Made by a program: the position numbers and the translations under genes
In this document: piece by piece, positions 49,034 through 62,779 of the stretch
How positions within the stretch are numbered: the stretch's first letter is position 1
How the letters are laid out: every line of letters starts with the position of its first letter
From: Chiloscyllium plagiosum
Taxonomy: Eukaryota
NCBI RefSeq assembly: GCF_004010195.1
Contig: NC_057720.1
Coordinates: forward strand, 18,421,615 to 18,485,614
DNA: 64,000 nucleotides
Direction of reading: 5' to 3'
The notes under the pieces: model-generated
Told to the model about the DNA's origin: nothing
The model's database searches: none
Seen by the model: the letters and a program-made list of their open reading frames with translations, nothing else

Positions 49034-52000
49034 GTGAATACTATTTTTAAATACGGCTTTCTTTCGTGGTTTATTCATTTAAAACGTAGCGCTAGAATCC
49101 GGAGAGCGCGGCCTTTTGGCTGCCGTTTCTGGGAGAAAGCATCCCCGCGGAAACGTTTGTGGAACTCCGAAACTCAGGCTCTGTTTAATAACCATCCCAA
49201 CTCGTTTTGATGCGATGAATATATACTAATTTTAGAGGCATAGTTGTCCTTTACTTTGTTTACATTGACCGACTTCCTTTGTTTGAAACGAGGTCTAACA
49301 GGTTGCAGGGGCTTCGTTTTCTGTTTATTCAGTCGAGGGGAGGACGAGGAAGCCATAGGGAGTTTACCATCTCGAAGCTTCTCTTTATCGTAAAAATCGC
49401 TGTAGGTCTCCACTTAAAGAAACCACACTAATTGTAATTTCGAAGTTCATCGAACTGAATTCTCGTAATTTTTGAGGAACTGCTACGAAATGCAACAATA
49501 ATTAATATCGTTGATTGGCATATACACCAGCTAATAGCATTTGGTTCAATTTGGGGTATTCGGCAAGAGCGATTAAATAAAGTTATTTAACTTCTATAGG
49601 GAAATTGCACTTTTGGGATACAACAACAGTTGATTTTGTTTTGTTCCTGCCACGCTGTGCCATATGTTGTCTTAAATTGTAAGACAATCTATTAATAAAA
49701 TACTTATTGATCTGGTGGCAATATTTTGAGTAGATTGTTTTTAAATTGTGTTTTTGTTATTTAATTCATGTTACCCATCAAAAAGGTACGGAAACCCATT
49801 TGGTCCTTTGTTAAATTACAGCTATCGGGATTATCCAAAATGCATTTATGATCTGTTATTGCCTGGCTTATCAGCAACTCTGAAAATGGACTTTGCATAG
49901 TCCATTTGTCTTAATGCAAAATTCCTCTAACTAACCTTTGATAATTTGGTAGTTAGTGTAAATTTGTTATTTTTCTTCTTACCATTATTTGCATAATTAA
50001 TACAAAAACATTGACTTCATTGTGAGAATTGATTATCGGTTTTACTCAAATTTGAATTTGGTGTGCTCGGAGATTTGTAGAATAATTTCTGGTAGCGCTT
50101 TATTATTCACTAAATTATAAACCAGAATAGACATGTTACATTCTTATTTTTAAGACCGTAAGATGTAGGGGCAGAAGTAGGCCAATCAGCCCATTGAGGC
50201 TGATCTGATAATCTCTTGATTCTGTTACTCAGTAGAAATCTGTCAAATAAATGATCTAGCCTAAACAACCCTGTGATGCAGAATTCCACAGTTTCACTAC
50301 CCACTGAAAGAAGTTCCTCCTCATCTGTGTCCAAATTGAGTGACCTCTTACTCTGATTATGGTTTCTGGGCCTAGACTCCCACGACTAGAAACAACCTTT
50401 TCACACACATTCTGTTGAGTCCGCACAGAATTTTGTTTAAATAAGGCCCAATCTCGACAATCCCTCCATAATGAGTATCATTATGACTCTGGACTGCCTC
50501 CAAGGCTAGTGTAACTTTTCTTTGATCTCATTTAATGTGCTCTTCTGTTCTTATATTCCTATAAGGGACCTAAAAGTGTTCAGTGTTTCACTCCACTGTC
50601 TTTTGTAGATTAAGTGAACATCCGTTCTTTAATACTCCATTCGCTTTGAAATATTATATTTCCCCACTGAACTTGGATGCTAGATTTTTTGTAATTCACG
50701 GTTGAAGACTCACAAATCCCTTTGTACCATAGATTTCTGTAGTCTTTCTCCATTTAACTAAAATTCAGTGCCTCTATTCTTCGTGCAGGAAGTATTTAAA
50801 CTAAATATTAAAGGAGGTAGTTAGAGATAGTGGATGTTTTGGTATTATGAACAATGGTAATAATCCTGGTAATAATCTTCCAGGAATCTCCAGATTCTTA
50901 AAGTCCCAGAGGATTGGAAAACTGCCAACACAGCACTGTCATTTAAAAAGGAAAGGAGACCAAAAGCAGGGAACATCAGCTATTGGGAAAATGTTGGAGT
51001 CTACAATAGAGTATGATAGCCGCACATTTCGAATTCTTATTTGCATTCAGGAGATCATTTTTTCACCAGTTTGTTAAAAGCCCATCAAACTCAGGGCATT
51101 TCTGGACTAAATATTCAGAAATGACTGCAGACAAATGGAAGGTCTATTAGAGGAGAATTCAGAGGTAGTGACTATAACTTAAATTTAAAATAGTTACGGA
51201 AAAGGATAATTTGAGCTTGGAATAAATGTTCAAAATTGGAGAAGGGCTAATTTTATTAAGAGAAGGCACAGTTTGGCCTAGGTGAACTTGGAACAGCTAC
51301 TTTGACTGTATTATAAGTTAGTTTCAGCTTAAAGGTGTGTTGAGAAAATTTTTCAGATTTAAAAACTAAACCTGAAATCTTCACAAAAAACTAAGAACTC
51401 AGTAAATAGAGGTGCAGGACCATGTGATATAGTTTACCTGTGTGATGTGAAAGTCAAATGTTGCAACACATCAGCGGCAAGGAGAGTATCCTGAACCATT
51501 TTCAGTCACACCCCTTAGATTAATGATCTTGAATTCGCTCAGCAGCCAGGGATAGAAGGGTGTGACTGAGTAAGGCAGGTAAGAGGGATCTGGCAGGTAA
51601 GAGGGATTCAGCAGGTCATGCTGCAGGCAGCTCACCCCTTGAGTTTGTCTAACAGGTTTGAGATTCTTGCTTCCTATCTGGATGAGAGCTTGTTTTTTTT
51701 TGGGGAGGAGGGAGGGGGGGAATGTTGGAATTGTACCAGTCTGTACAATATTCCATCCTCTACAGAGTGCTGGGTTGTACTGAGACTGGTCTGTACAGTA
51801 TTCCATCCTGGACATATTGCTGTAACATCATGGTACAGGGAGCCATTCAAGAGGGGAGAAAAGAAATCTAGTTGTAATTGTCAGGGGAATAGACATGTTC
51901 TCTATAGCTGGGTTTGAGAGTCCCGAAGACTGGATTGCTTGCGAGGTGCTCTGGTTCAGGATATCTCGTCTGGACTGCAGAGAAATTTGGAATGAGAGAG

Positions 52001-52254
52001 GAAAGATCCATTTGCTGCATAGGTACCAACAATATATATAGGAGGAGGTTCTGCTGAGGCTCGGGTCAAAAGTAAAATGCAGAACCAAAAAGTTAGTAAT
52101 TTTCGCATTATTTCCTGACCTATGGACCAATTGGTGCACGGTCAAGAAGACTAACAAAATAACTATTTGACAGTGTGGGAAAATCTGGTTGAATTCAAGG
52201 GACGTTGGCACTATACTGGGGAAGGAGGGGATTGTTCCATTGGGACAGGCTCCG

Positions 52255-52526
52255 TAGAGTCAGAGATGGAAACAGACCCTTCAGTCCAACCTGTCCATGC
52301 CCCAGATATCCCAACCCAATCTAGTCCCACCTGCCAGCACCCGGCCCATATCCCTCCAAACCCTTCCTATTCATATACTCATCCAAATGTCTCTTAAATG
52401 TTGGAATTGTACCAGCCTCCACCACTTCCTCTAGCAGCTCGTTCCATACACGCATCACCCCATGCGTGAAAAAGTTGCCCCTTGGTCTCTTTTATATCTT
52501 TTCCCTCTCACCCTAAACCTATGCCC
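52255..52526 (-). mobile_element. CR1 family A 3' UTR fragment
   Basis: Same sequence as 12219-12490 and 24476-24760. Confidence 0.85.
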
Positions 52527-52587
52527 AGAGTCCTGGCACATTGCATAACCAGGGCTATAGGTAGGGCTTTAAACTAAATAGACTATA

Positions 52588-54447
52588 ATTGTGGTGCTGG
52601 CAAAGCACAGCTGCTCAGGCAGCATCTGAGGAGCAGGAGAGTCGCCGTTTTGAACATAAGCTCTTCATCAAGAATGTGGGGGCGAGCTCATGGTGGGGTG
52701 AGACAAGTGGGAGGGGGTGGGACTGGGGGGGGGGTAGGAATGCGATAGGTAAATGAAGAGGGGGTTGGTGGAGATAGAGTGGAAGGTGGAGCGGATAGTT
52801 GGGAAGGAAGATGGTCAAATCGAACACTTGAAGAGGGTTGCTGAGTTGGAGAGTTGGACCTGGGATAGGGTGGGGGGAGGAAACTGAAATCGACATTGAT
52901 CCCGTGTGGATGGAGGGTCCCAAGGCAGAAGAATCAGGCATGCTTTTTCCAGTCGTCAGGTGGCTCAGATTTGGCATTGGAGGAGGCCCATGCTTGTATG
53001 TCCTTGGTGATGTAGGAGGGGGGAGTTGAAGGGTTAAGCCCCAGGGTGGTGGGGTTGTTTGGTGCGTGTGCCCCAGAAATGTTCTCTGAAACATTCCACA
53101 AGTTGGTGTCCTGTCTCCCCAATGTAGAGGAGACCACATAGTGAGCGATGGACACAGTAGATGAGGTATTTGGATGTGCAGGAAAATCTCTGCCAGATGT
53201 GAAAGGATCCTTTGGGGCATTGGAGGTGAGGGGGAAGGTGTAGTCGCAAGTTTTACACCTTTTGTGGTGGCAAGGGAAGGTGCTGGGAGTGGAGGGTCGG
53301 TTGTTGGAGGTGTGCATTGACTTAACTCTGTACCTAATGTTGTAAAGCCTGCATCCACTCCTCCCCTCACCTCTATCCAAGGCTCCAAAGGCTCCTTCCA
53401 CATCTGGCAGAGATTTTCCTGCACATCCAAACACCTCATTTACTGTGTTCGTTGCTCTCAACGTGGTCTGTTCTACATTGGGGAGACAGGACGCCAACAT
53501 TTCTGAGAACATCTCTGGGACATATGCACCAAACAAACCCGCCAACCACTTCAGCTCCCCCTCTCACTCCGCCAAACACAGAAGTCCTTGGCCTCCACTG
53601 CTAAACCTTGGCCACCTGATGACTGGAGGAAGAACACCTCATCTTCTGCCTTTGATTCCACAGTTGGAGGATTCCATGTCAATTTCACCAGTTTCTTCAT
53701 TCCACCCCCCCTCCCATCTTATCCCAGATCCAACCCTCCAACTCGGTACTGCCCTCTTGAACACATATACCTTTTCTGTCTTCCTTCCTATCTATTCACT
53801 TCACCCTCCACTCTGACCTATCGCCATCACCCGCCCACCACCCACCTTCATCTACTTATTACATTCCTAGCTACCTTCTCCCAAGCCCTATTGCTCCCAT
53901 TAATTCATGGGGTGGAATGTGAGGACCGGGGGATTCTATCCTTGCGATTGGGGGCGCGGTGGAGTTTGAGGGCAGAGGTGTGGAAAGTGGAGGGAATGCA
54001 GTGGAGGGCATTGTTGATCGCGTGGGAGTGGAAATTGCGGTCCTTGGAATTGGACAATATCTGGGATGTCCTGGAGTGGAATTGTTCCTCCTAGGAGCAG
54101 ACATTGGAGATGGAGGAATTTGGAGTAAGGGAACGTGTTTTTATCTTCGAACTCGGCACTACCCTCTTGACCTGACTTACCTGTCCATCTTCCTTCCACC
54201 CATCCGCTCCACCTTCCCTACCGACCTATCACAGTCACTTGCTACCTGCATCCACCTATTTCCCCACCTCCCTGCCCCACCCCTCTATTTATCTCTCAGT
54301 CCCCTTCTCCCTCCACATTCCTGATGAAGGTCTTATGATGAAATGTTGAAGTCTCCTGCTCTTTGGATGCTGCCTGACCTGCTGTGCTTTTCCAGCGCCA
54401 CCCTTTTCAACTTTTGCTCTCCAGTATCTGCAGTCCTCACTTTCTCA
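52588..54447. mobile_element. Cluster of Penelope fragments in alternating orientation
   Basis: Minus-strand GIY-YIG (FSCTSKYLIYCVHRSLCGLLYIGETG, 53034-53249), plus-strand copy at 53352-53890, minus-strand RT-linker piece, and tails with hammerhead motifs at about 52640-52677 (-) and 54317-54350 (+). Confidence 0.88.
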
Positions 54448-54729
54448 GAATTAAGGGGTGCCAATTTAAAACTGATATGAGGAATTTCTTCTGTCAAATG
54501 GTCGTCAATCTTTGGAAGTCTTTGCTACAGGGAGCTGTGGGGACAAAGTCCTTGTGTATATTTAAGGCTGAGATAAATTCTTGATCAGTAGAGGAAACGA
54601 GTTATTGGGAAGGGCAGGAAAGTGGACATGAGTAATGTCAAATTAGTCATGATTCTACTGAATGGCAGAGCAGGCTCAAGGGGCTGAATGGCCTTCCTCA
54701 GTTGCTATTTCTCATGATCTTGCAAATAA

Positions 54730-56400
54730 AACTGTCAGAGCATTGGTGGCATTTAAGGAAGAATTAGTGAGAGTGCAGGGCAGATGTGTAACCATAAAGA
54801 CAAGGGGTGAAACCAGGACTGGAGAACATAAAGGTCAGGATTAAAAAACACAAAAATTTATGCAAGATACCAAAAGCTCAATGTGGGAGAGTCCCTAGAA
54901 AAGTATGAAAAGTGCAATTGAGACTAAAAAGAAAATTAGGAAAGCAAAGACAATGTAGGAGAAAGCGTTGGTGAGTACTAGCAAGTACTAGCTGGGTTTG
55001 TCATCTTAAATAGATAAATCTGCAAGCCTTGTTGAGATATTTCCTAGCCTGTTGAAGAAAGCACCGAAGGCGACATTGTGAGCCCTGGCAGAATTTTTGA
55101 CATTTTTCTGATGGTAGGTGAGGTGCTCGAGGACCTACCTATTAAAAAATGGGAAGCATGGTTTTACGTAAATTACAGAAAAAAGTGAGGACTGCAGATG
55201 CTGGAGACCAGAGTTGAAAAATGTGGTGCTGGAAAAACACATCAGGCCAGGCAGCATCTGAGGAGCAGGAGAAGTGGGGGTGGGGTTGTTAGTAGCATCA
55301 GAGGTACAAAATATTGCTGCACTTGGAGAGACATTAATCAGGCAAAGACAGTGTGAATTTGTGAAGGGAATGTCATGTTTGACAAATTTAATCTTTTTTT
55401 GAGGAGGAAACTTGAGCAGGAGTGTTGATTAAGGTGATACATTTGATGTGATCAACAGGAACATTAGCAAGGCTTTTGATAAGGTCCCTCACTAGCTAAA
55501 ACCAAAGGATAGCCCATGAGATCCAAGGAAAAGTATTATAATGGATCCAAAATTGGCTGAGATGCAGGAAGCAGAGAGTGATTAAAGGATTTTTGTGTTT
55601 GAATTGTGTTTCCAGTGAGGTTCCATAGGACTTCACAGGGGGTGCATTAATAATTTGGGCACACATATTGGAGGTATGATCAAGACATTTTTGGATATCA
55701 TGACAATTGATAGGGTGGTAAATAATGAGGAAGATGGTCATAGATTGCTAGAGGACATTATCAGACTTGTCAGGTGGGCAGAGCAGTGGCAAATGGAATC
55801 AACCTGGAAATGTGAATAATGCAGTTGGGCAGGCCTAACAAGCCCAGGGATTATATGATGAGCGGTAGGATTCGGGAAAGTACTGAAGATCAGAGGGACC
55901 TTGATGTGCACATCCATAGATCCTTGAAGATGGTGCAGCTGGTAGATAATGTGCTTAAGAAGACAACTCGGATTCTTGCCTTTATTAGCTGAACCATAAA
56001 TTACCAAGGTTTGGAGATTATGCTGGAGCTGGCAGGATCACAACTGGAGTACTGCATGAAATTCGGGTCATAAATAGAGAAGGCTGTGATTGCACTGAAG
56101 AGGATGCAGAGGAGGTTTACCAAGATACTGTCTGGGTTTGAGTATCTGAGCTAGATTGAATAGACTGGTATTGTTTTCCTTGGAGTAACAGTCGATGAGA
56201 AGGTGCCTGATGAAAATTATGTATAAGACGATGAAGAGCATAGGCATGAAGGGTGGTTAGGAAGGCATTCTCTCCAGTAGTAGCGGACTCTCCAACCAGG
56301 GAACATGTATTTAGATAAGAGGTAAAAGGCTAAGAGGAGAAATGTATTCACTTGGGAATGTTGGTGTCTGGAACTCATCAGTGAACTTATATACCAAGCA
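54730..56400 (+). mobile_element. Old degraded CR1 ORF2
   Basis: agcaaggcttttgataaggtccc (SKAFDKVP) near 55470, QWQME motif and a degenerate C-terminus. Confidence 0.7.
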
Positions 56401-56859
56401 TTGAGAGGTCATTAAATCATTTAATGAGGTATTATTGATTCTAATCTTGCATTTTTAGCAGATACACTGAATGTAACAAATCAGAGCAACTTCCCTTTCT
56501 AACCCAGGGGAAATTGATTTGTGTACTTATTCCATAGTGTATTTTGATTTAGCTAACCTTGCAAAGACTGAGAAATAAGCTGGAATTTGTGATAAGCTTG
56601 GAATTTTTGATTTGTACTGTAATGGTAACTTGAAACAAGTAGAGCTATTTGGGGTGGGGTGGCATTGCATTTTTGCAAAACTTTCCTTCGTTTTGTAAGA
56701 AGTTACATTGAAGTTAATTTCAAAAGGCCAAGTGTGATCAAATTTGTTAACTTGTACTTGACAAATGGTAACTTCATGCACATCATCAGTAATTTATAGT
56801 GGCAAATGATACAGAAATGAGTTGTTCTGGAATGGCTCATTTTGAACTTTAAATTTCAG

Positions 56860-57087
56860 TTGATGATGCTATTTTCCTGATGGACAAAGACACTACGGGA
56901 GCAGGTAACTCATCTCTCCACAAGCGATCTCCCTCCTGTCGAAACCAGAAGACACCAGTGTCCTCTGTTCAATTGTCATTGCGGGATGGATCAGAAGGAA
57001 AAAAAACCTGTATGCAAGTTTGAGGAAGGCCAAGATGTCCTAGCCAGGTGGTCAGATGGCTTATTTTACCTTGGAACTGTCATAAAG
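56860..57087 (+). CDS. MTF2: MTF2/PCL2 exon 2 (N-terminus and start of Tudor domain), with an apparent +1 frameshift at A8 56999-57006
   Basis: Acceptor tttcag. Reads [42 protein letters not shown], then in the +1 frame [27 protein letters not shown]. Donor AAG|GTGAAT. Matches human MTF2 DSTGAGNSLVHKRSP...[29 protein letters not shown] (from memory). Confidence 0.95.
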
Positions 57088-58239
57088 GTGAATAACTATG
57101 CTTAAGTTTGACAAAAGCAGGCAGCACATCATTTTGAAGCACTCTTGATTTATGTGGAACACTCATGAGTTAGTCATGTAAAAGAAATTTTTCCTACATT
57201 GAGCAGGACAATGGATAAATGCTAAATCCAAGAATATTATTTACTTTTGTATTAAACGTTTCAATACTTAGCAGAGAAATATTTTAGCCATTACAGGGGT
57301 TCCGCTGGTAACAATGAGTAGACAAGCCCTGTAGAGCATTTACTAAAAGTGACCAGACATAAGGGAATTAGAGTACTAGAAATACCCCCACCCCAAATAT
57401 GTACAACAGTTTGATAGTTGCATGCTCTCTACTCTTTCCATTGGATTCAGCTGCTGCTCTCTTTGGTCTCCTTATTGTGATCTGTGATTGTGTATTACGG
57501 TGCAGTGTGCTATTCCTGTTCTTGATTATTCTTTATATGATGCTAGCTGTCCCTGCTATCTTCTTTGCTTACCTGCTCGCCATTACTGTTCCCTGCAGTG
57601 TTTTGAACTTCATGGATGTTTGTAACTTTGATTCAAAGACTTTCCCTGATAATTTAAAAAAAAGATTTTTCCTTTCATCTAATGATCCTAATAAGCAAAG
57701 GCAATTTCAATTATTTAGATCCCAAAGCTCAAAATACTGAAACACACTATTTGCGCAAGAGAAGAAAATAACTTCCCCAGGGATTAGATGGGGAGGTGTT
57801 GATCATTCTGCTTTATTTACATGATTAAGTGAATTATATCAGTGGTTGTACCCCAGTTTTGTAAAACAGCTGTTGTTTGAAACAATTATTTGTCACTCAA
57901 GGATGGGTAATTACCAGTAGAAATGTTTTAAATTGTACCTTTTTTTTAATTTTTAGTTTTGATCTTAATGGCAAACATTAAACAGTATTTAATTTCTAAA
58001 CCTTTGGATAGAATGTGAGAAGTCCATTCTGCAAATGATGCTTACTGAACCTAATGCCAGACTAGTTTGTTGAGAATAATAGGTTTAAAAATGAAGATGA
58101 CAGCATTGAAATAATGCAGATTTTTTTGTCTTCCAAGAGCACACTGGGGAGTATTGTGATAGAAATCTAGTTTGATGGAATTAATCTACACAATTCTGCA
58201 AAAGAGAAAACCTGAAGCTCCTTCTAATTTTAATTAAAG

Positions 58240-58321
58240 GTGAACAAACAGAAAGAGAGCTGCTTTGTCATCTTTGAAGACAGTTCAAAGTCCTGGGTCT
58301 TGTGGAAGGACATACAGACTG
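58240..58321 (+). CDS. MTF2: MTF2 exon 3 (second half of Tudor domain)
   Basis: aag|[28 protein letters not shown]|gtaagg. In phase with the end of exon 2. Confidence 0.96.
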
Positions 58322-58629
58322 GTAAGGTTTTGTAAACAAAAGTATTCTTCATGTGATAGATGTGATTTGGTGTAGAGTATAGAATCTCATGTTTCTGTTT
58401 TTGTACACAGAAGTACTTAAGGATGAGAATTCCTTGTTTTTCCAAATGATCTGCATTTTAATTGTGATTCTTGTATATCTTTTATAGCTTCCAAAGTTAT
58501 AGTAGAGCAAAGTAAGTTTAATCCCTCAAGGGCAAGCTGCACACCCATTCATAATTTTCTTCTTATACTTTCCTTGCCTCATCTCCAGAAGGCATTGCCT
58601 TATAGTAAACTGAGTTAGTACTGAAATCA

Positions 58630-59385
58630 TCCATGAGATCAAGGATGACTTTCTTGCAGTCCGGTTTGATCCATTCTGAGATGGTTGATAAATCTAATGT
58701 TTGGTTACACGTGGGGCAGGTGGTGTTTGAAGAATTCAGTAGATCATGAATTTTGAAGTTGTCTCCTCTATATCCAATTCCTCAGTTTCCCATCTATACG
58801 CTGATGATGAAGTTTCTGTGATTGGTGCCTTCCCAGATATACCTCATTTATTTGTTAGTCAGCAGCATGAAATTCCAATGAGCTGGCAGGTATTTTTGAC
58901 CTCTGCAGCAATGGTTTGAGGGTACCTCTAAAGCATTCCTGTTGTCCTGCTGAAAGTCTCTTGCTGTACCTGACTTCTGAACAGACAGCTGCTTCATATG
59001 TCTGGTATTGAATGATATGTCCTCCCAGTGAAGCTGGTTTCAAGTGATTGGTACGTTGGCTTAGCAGAGGATACTGCAGTTGGGACCACCTTTCCTGCAA
59101 CTGGATGTTAGAAGGTGTTATATATGAAGACATTGCTGATAGTCCGTCTGCAGTGTTTGGAGCTACCTACTGTTGTCCAAATCTCTGATACATATAGGAG
59201 TGTGGGAATTGCTGTTCCCTGGTAAACTATCAACCTTGCTCAAATTCTCTTATACCCCAATCAGATGACTCATTAGAAGTGAGAATGAATTTTGTTTTTT
59301 TTTTGTTTGCCCTTGTTGAGAGGTGCATCTCAGCAGACAGAAAATGTCTGCATTATCCAGAATCATCTTGATCTTAATTGACAGG
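58630..59385 (-). mobile_element. RTE-clade LINE relic
   Basis: ORF 58855-59133 (GGHII..SEVRYSKRLSAGQQECFRGTLK..I..LE..AAD) resembles the RTE C-terminal WAGHV..LYSEL..KRS.GGQ.KRFKDTLK motif. Confidence 0.6.
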
Positions 59386-59389
59386 ATAA

Positions 59390-61180
59390 GGTGGTGTGTT
59401 GTTGTTCAGAAGGAGGATATGCTGAAAACATTGAAAAACATAAGGATAGATAAGTCCCATGGGCCAGATGGGATATACCCAAGACTATGAAGTGAGGAAA
59501 GAGATTGCTGAGCCTTTGGCGATGATCTTTGCATCGTCACTGTCTTCTGGAGTTGTTGCAGATGATTGGAGGGTGGCAAGTGTTATTCCTTTGTTTGAGA
59601 AAGGGAATAGAGATAGTCCTAGGAATTATAGACCAGTCAGTCTTAGTCTGTGATGGGCGGATTATTGAAGAGGGTTCTGAGAGACAGGATTTATGATTAT
59701 TTGGAAAACTATAGCTTAGTTAGAGATCATCAGCATAGCTTTGTGAGGGGCAGAGTAGAGACTGTGGTGTTATTCCCTTGTTCGAGAAAGGGAATAGAGA
59801 TAGTTCTAGGAATTATAGACCAGTCAGTCATAGTTTGTGGTGGGCAGATTATTGAAGAGGGTTCTGAGAGATGATTTTCCTGCTCCTCGGATGCTGCCTG
59901 ACCTGCTGTGCTTTTCCAGCACCACAGTCTTGACTCTAATCTCCAGCATTTGCAGTCCTCACTTTCGCCTTATTGAATTCTTTGAGAATCTGACTAAACC
60001 CCATTGAAGGTAGAGCAGTGGATGTGGTGTGCATGGATTTTAGCAAGGCTTTTGTTAAGGTTCCCCATGGTAGGCTTATTCTTAAAGTAAGGAGGCATGG
60101 GATACAGGGAAATTTTGGCTGTCTTGATACAGAATTGGCTGGCCTATAGAAGACAGAGGATGGTAGTAGATGGAAATTATTCAGCCTGGAGTTCAGTGGC
60201 CAATGGTGTTCTGCAGGGATCTGTTCTGGGACCTCTGCTCTTTGTGATTTTTATAAATTACTTGGATGAAGAAGTGGAAGGGTGGCTTAGTAATTTGCTG
60301 ATGACACGAAGTTTGATGGAGTGGGAGATAGTGTGGACTGTTGTTATAGTTTGCGACGGGACATTGACAGGATGCAGAACTGGGTTGAGAAGTGGCAGAT
60401 GGAGTTCAACTTGGAAAAGTGTGAAGTGATTCACTTTGGAATGTCAAATTACCATGTAGAATACAGGGTTAAAGGCAGGATTCTTGGCAGTATGGAGGAA
60501 CAGTGGGATCTTGGGGTCCATGTCCACAAATCCCTCAAAGTTGCCACCCAAGTTGATAGGGTTGTCAAGAAGGCATATGGTGTGTTGGCTTTCATTAGCG
60601 GGGGGGTCACGTTTAATAGCCACGAGGTTACGCTGCAGCTCTATAGAGCCCTGGTTAGACCACTCTTGGAATATTGTGTTCAGTTTGGTTGCATCATTAT
60701 AGGATGACTGTAGAAACTTTAGAGAGGGTGCAGAGGAGATTTTCCAGGATGCTGTCTGCATTGGAGGGCAGGTCTTATGAAAAAAGGTTGGGGGAGCTAT
60801 GCAATTTCTCGTTGGAGTGAAGTAAGATGAGAGGTGACTTGATAGAGGTGTGCAAGATGTTGAGAGACATAGAGTGATTAGTCAGAAGTGTTTTCTCATG
60901 GCAGAATTGGCTATCACAAGGGTGCATCATTTTAAGGTGATTGGAGGAAGCTTTAGGGTAGATGTCAGAGGTAGGTTCTTTGCTCAGAGCTTTCGGGCAT
61001 GGCATGCACTGCTAGCAGTGGTGGTAGAGACAGATACATTAGGGACATGTAAGCGACTCTTGGATAGGCACATTGATGAAAGCAAAATAAAGGGTATGTA
61101 GGTTAGTTTGATCTTAAAATAGGATAAAAGGTCGGCAAACATCGTGGGCTGAAGGGCTGTACTGTTCTATGTTCTATGTT
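59390..61180 (+). mobile_element. CR1 family B 3' half, with an internal duplication and a PLE tail
   Basis: ORFs 59459-59653 (NYRPVSL), 60097-60429 and 60321-60707. Tail gttctatgttctatg. Confidence 0.92.
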
Positions 61181-62779
61181 ATGTGTTGATTGGAAGAGGA
61201 TCTTAATTTTTCAGGTGTCCAGTGTAAAATGTCTTGGGATTCTCCTTAATTCTATGTGCGAAGGACATTTAATTACCCCTTTTTAAGCCCTCCTTTGCTA
61301 CGTTTTCTTCCTCAAGGGCCTTGTCTGATTTCAGGTTCCCAAACCTTACATATGCTTCCTTTTCCTTTTTGGCTAATGTTTCATATCTGAATTATGAATG
61401 CAGGTGACATTAACCCAGAGTAAACCCTGGCTTGTTTGATTCTAACTTGATTTGTTTTAACTATGGAGGTCAGTTACAAAACATGTTCTTAATAGGCTGT
61501 CGGTCTACTTTTAACACAATAAAACTTCTATTAAACAAGAAAAAAAAAGAAATTACAGTGCATTAAACAAAATGAAAGGGTAGAAAGATTTGTTGAAGAT
61601 GTCAGATTCCACTTCATGCTTTTTATCACAATAATATCGTTACACTGGTGAAAAGTCAGCACTTTGCCTGTTCCAGCTCAGGCTGGGACAGCTACCCAGT
61701 GGTTTCCTTATGGTGAATTTCTGAGCAGTTGCAGTAAGCTTTTGCCTTCATCTGGTATTTCTTCCTGAAAGACTACAATGTAAGTTCTCAATGACTTCTA
61801 CCTGCAGAGTGAGCCCATGTGAGTTTCCAAAATTTTTTCTGGCACATACCCATACTGACTTTTTGGGTTGTTCTATTTACTGCAAGTATGGATACATGTC
61901 AGTGGGCACCAGCAGTTTATTTTTCTGCACCTGTACAGTGTACTGAACTGTTCACCTCACTGTACAACCTTATTAAAATGCATGCAAATTAAATAAATCT
62001 CCAAACTCTCAAATGAAGCTCAATTACATTTAATTAACTAAGTAATGGATGGTAAACAAAGCAAAAAGTGAACCACTTATAATCAAATTATTATATATAA
62101 AATGGCCTGAAAGCATTTGCATTGTACTACAGATCATAAAATGTCCAATAAATAAAGTTGTAGATTATTCATATTGTATTGCTCCTTTTGTTTTTTTGAC
62201 ACTAACTACTTGCTCCCCAGATATTTACCACTGACTTATTATGTACGTAGTGATGTAACAATTCTTTCTCTTGGCCTACTCATGAGTTCAGGAAACTGAG
62301 TCTCACAAAAGTAAGAGATGACCACAAGGAGGAAAGAGTGAAAAGCATCAATTGCAATGCCAAAAATATGAATTAAAATGATGGGAATCAGTTTAGTTCT
62401 CAATTGAAGGGAGATTCACAATTGCTGTAAATGTATTTCAAGCTGATCACCCAAAGAATTTTTATGTCTGAGTTGAGTGGAACTAAGTTAAATGATCAAA
62501 CTTACCTTTCCTTATGTTTGGGGATGGACTCCTATTTGTGAGCAATGTCAAGTGCATAATACAAAACTTAGGTTTGTGGTTTTCCCTGAACTATTGTTGC
62601 TTCTGCTGAACAGGAACTAAGCAACTACAATTCCAAGTACCTTTGAGCATGATTCAAGATGTGCTAGAATCATGGGTTTGTGCCTGACAGTTGTTGCTCT
62701 CCTCTCTTAATTTCCTTTGCTTGTATATAATCCAGCAGATGATATTGCATTGTAACCTGTATTACATGCGTTATCTGAA

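Noticed and set aside
57399..57740. 113-aa hydrophobic ORF in MTF2 intron 2
   Set aside because: T-rich composition explains the hydrophobicity. No homology was recognised, and it is probably the antisense strand of a decayed repeat.
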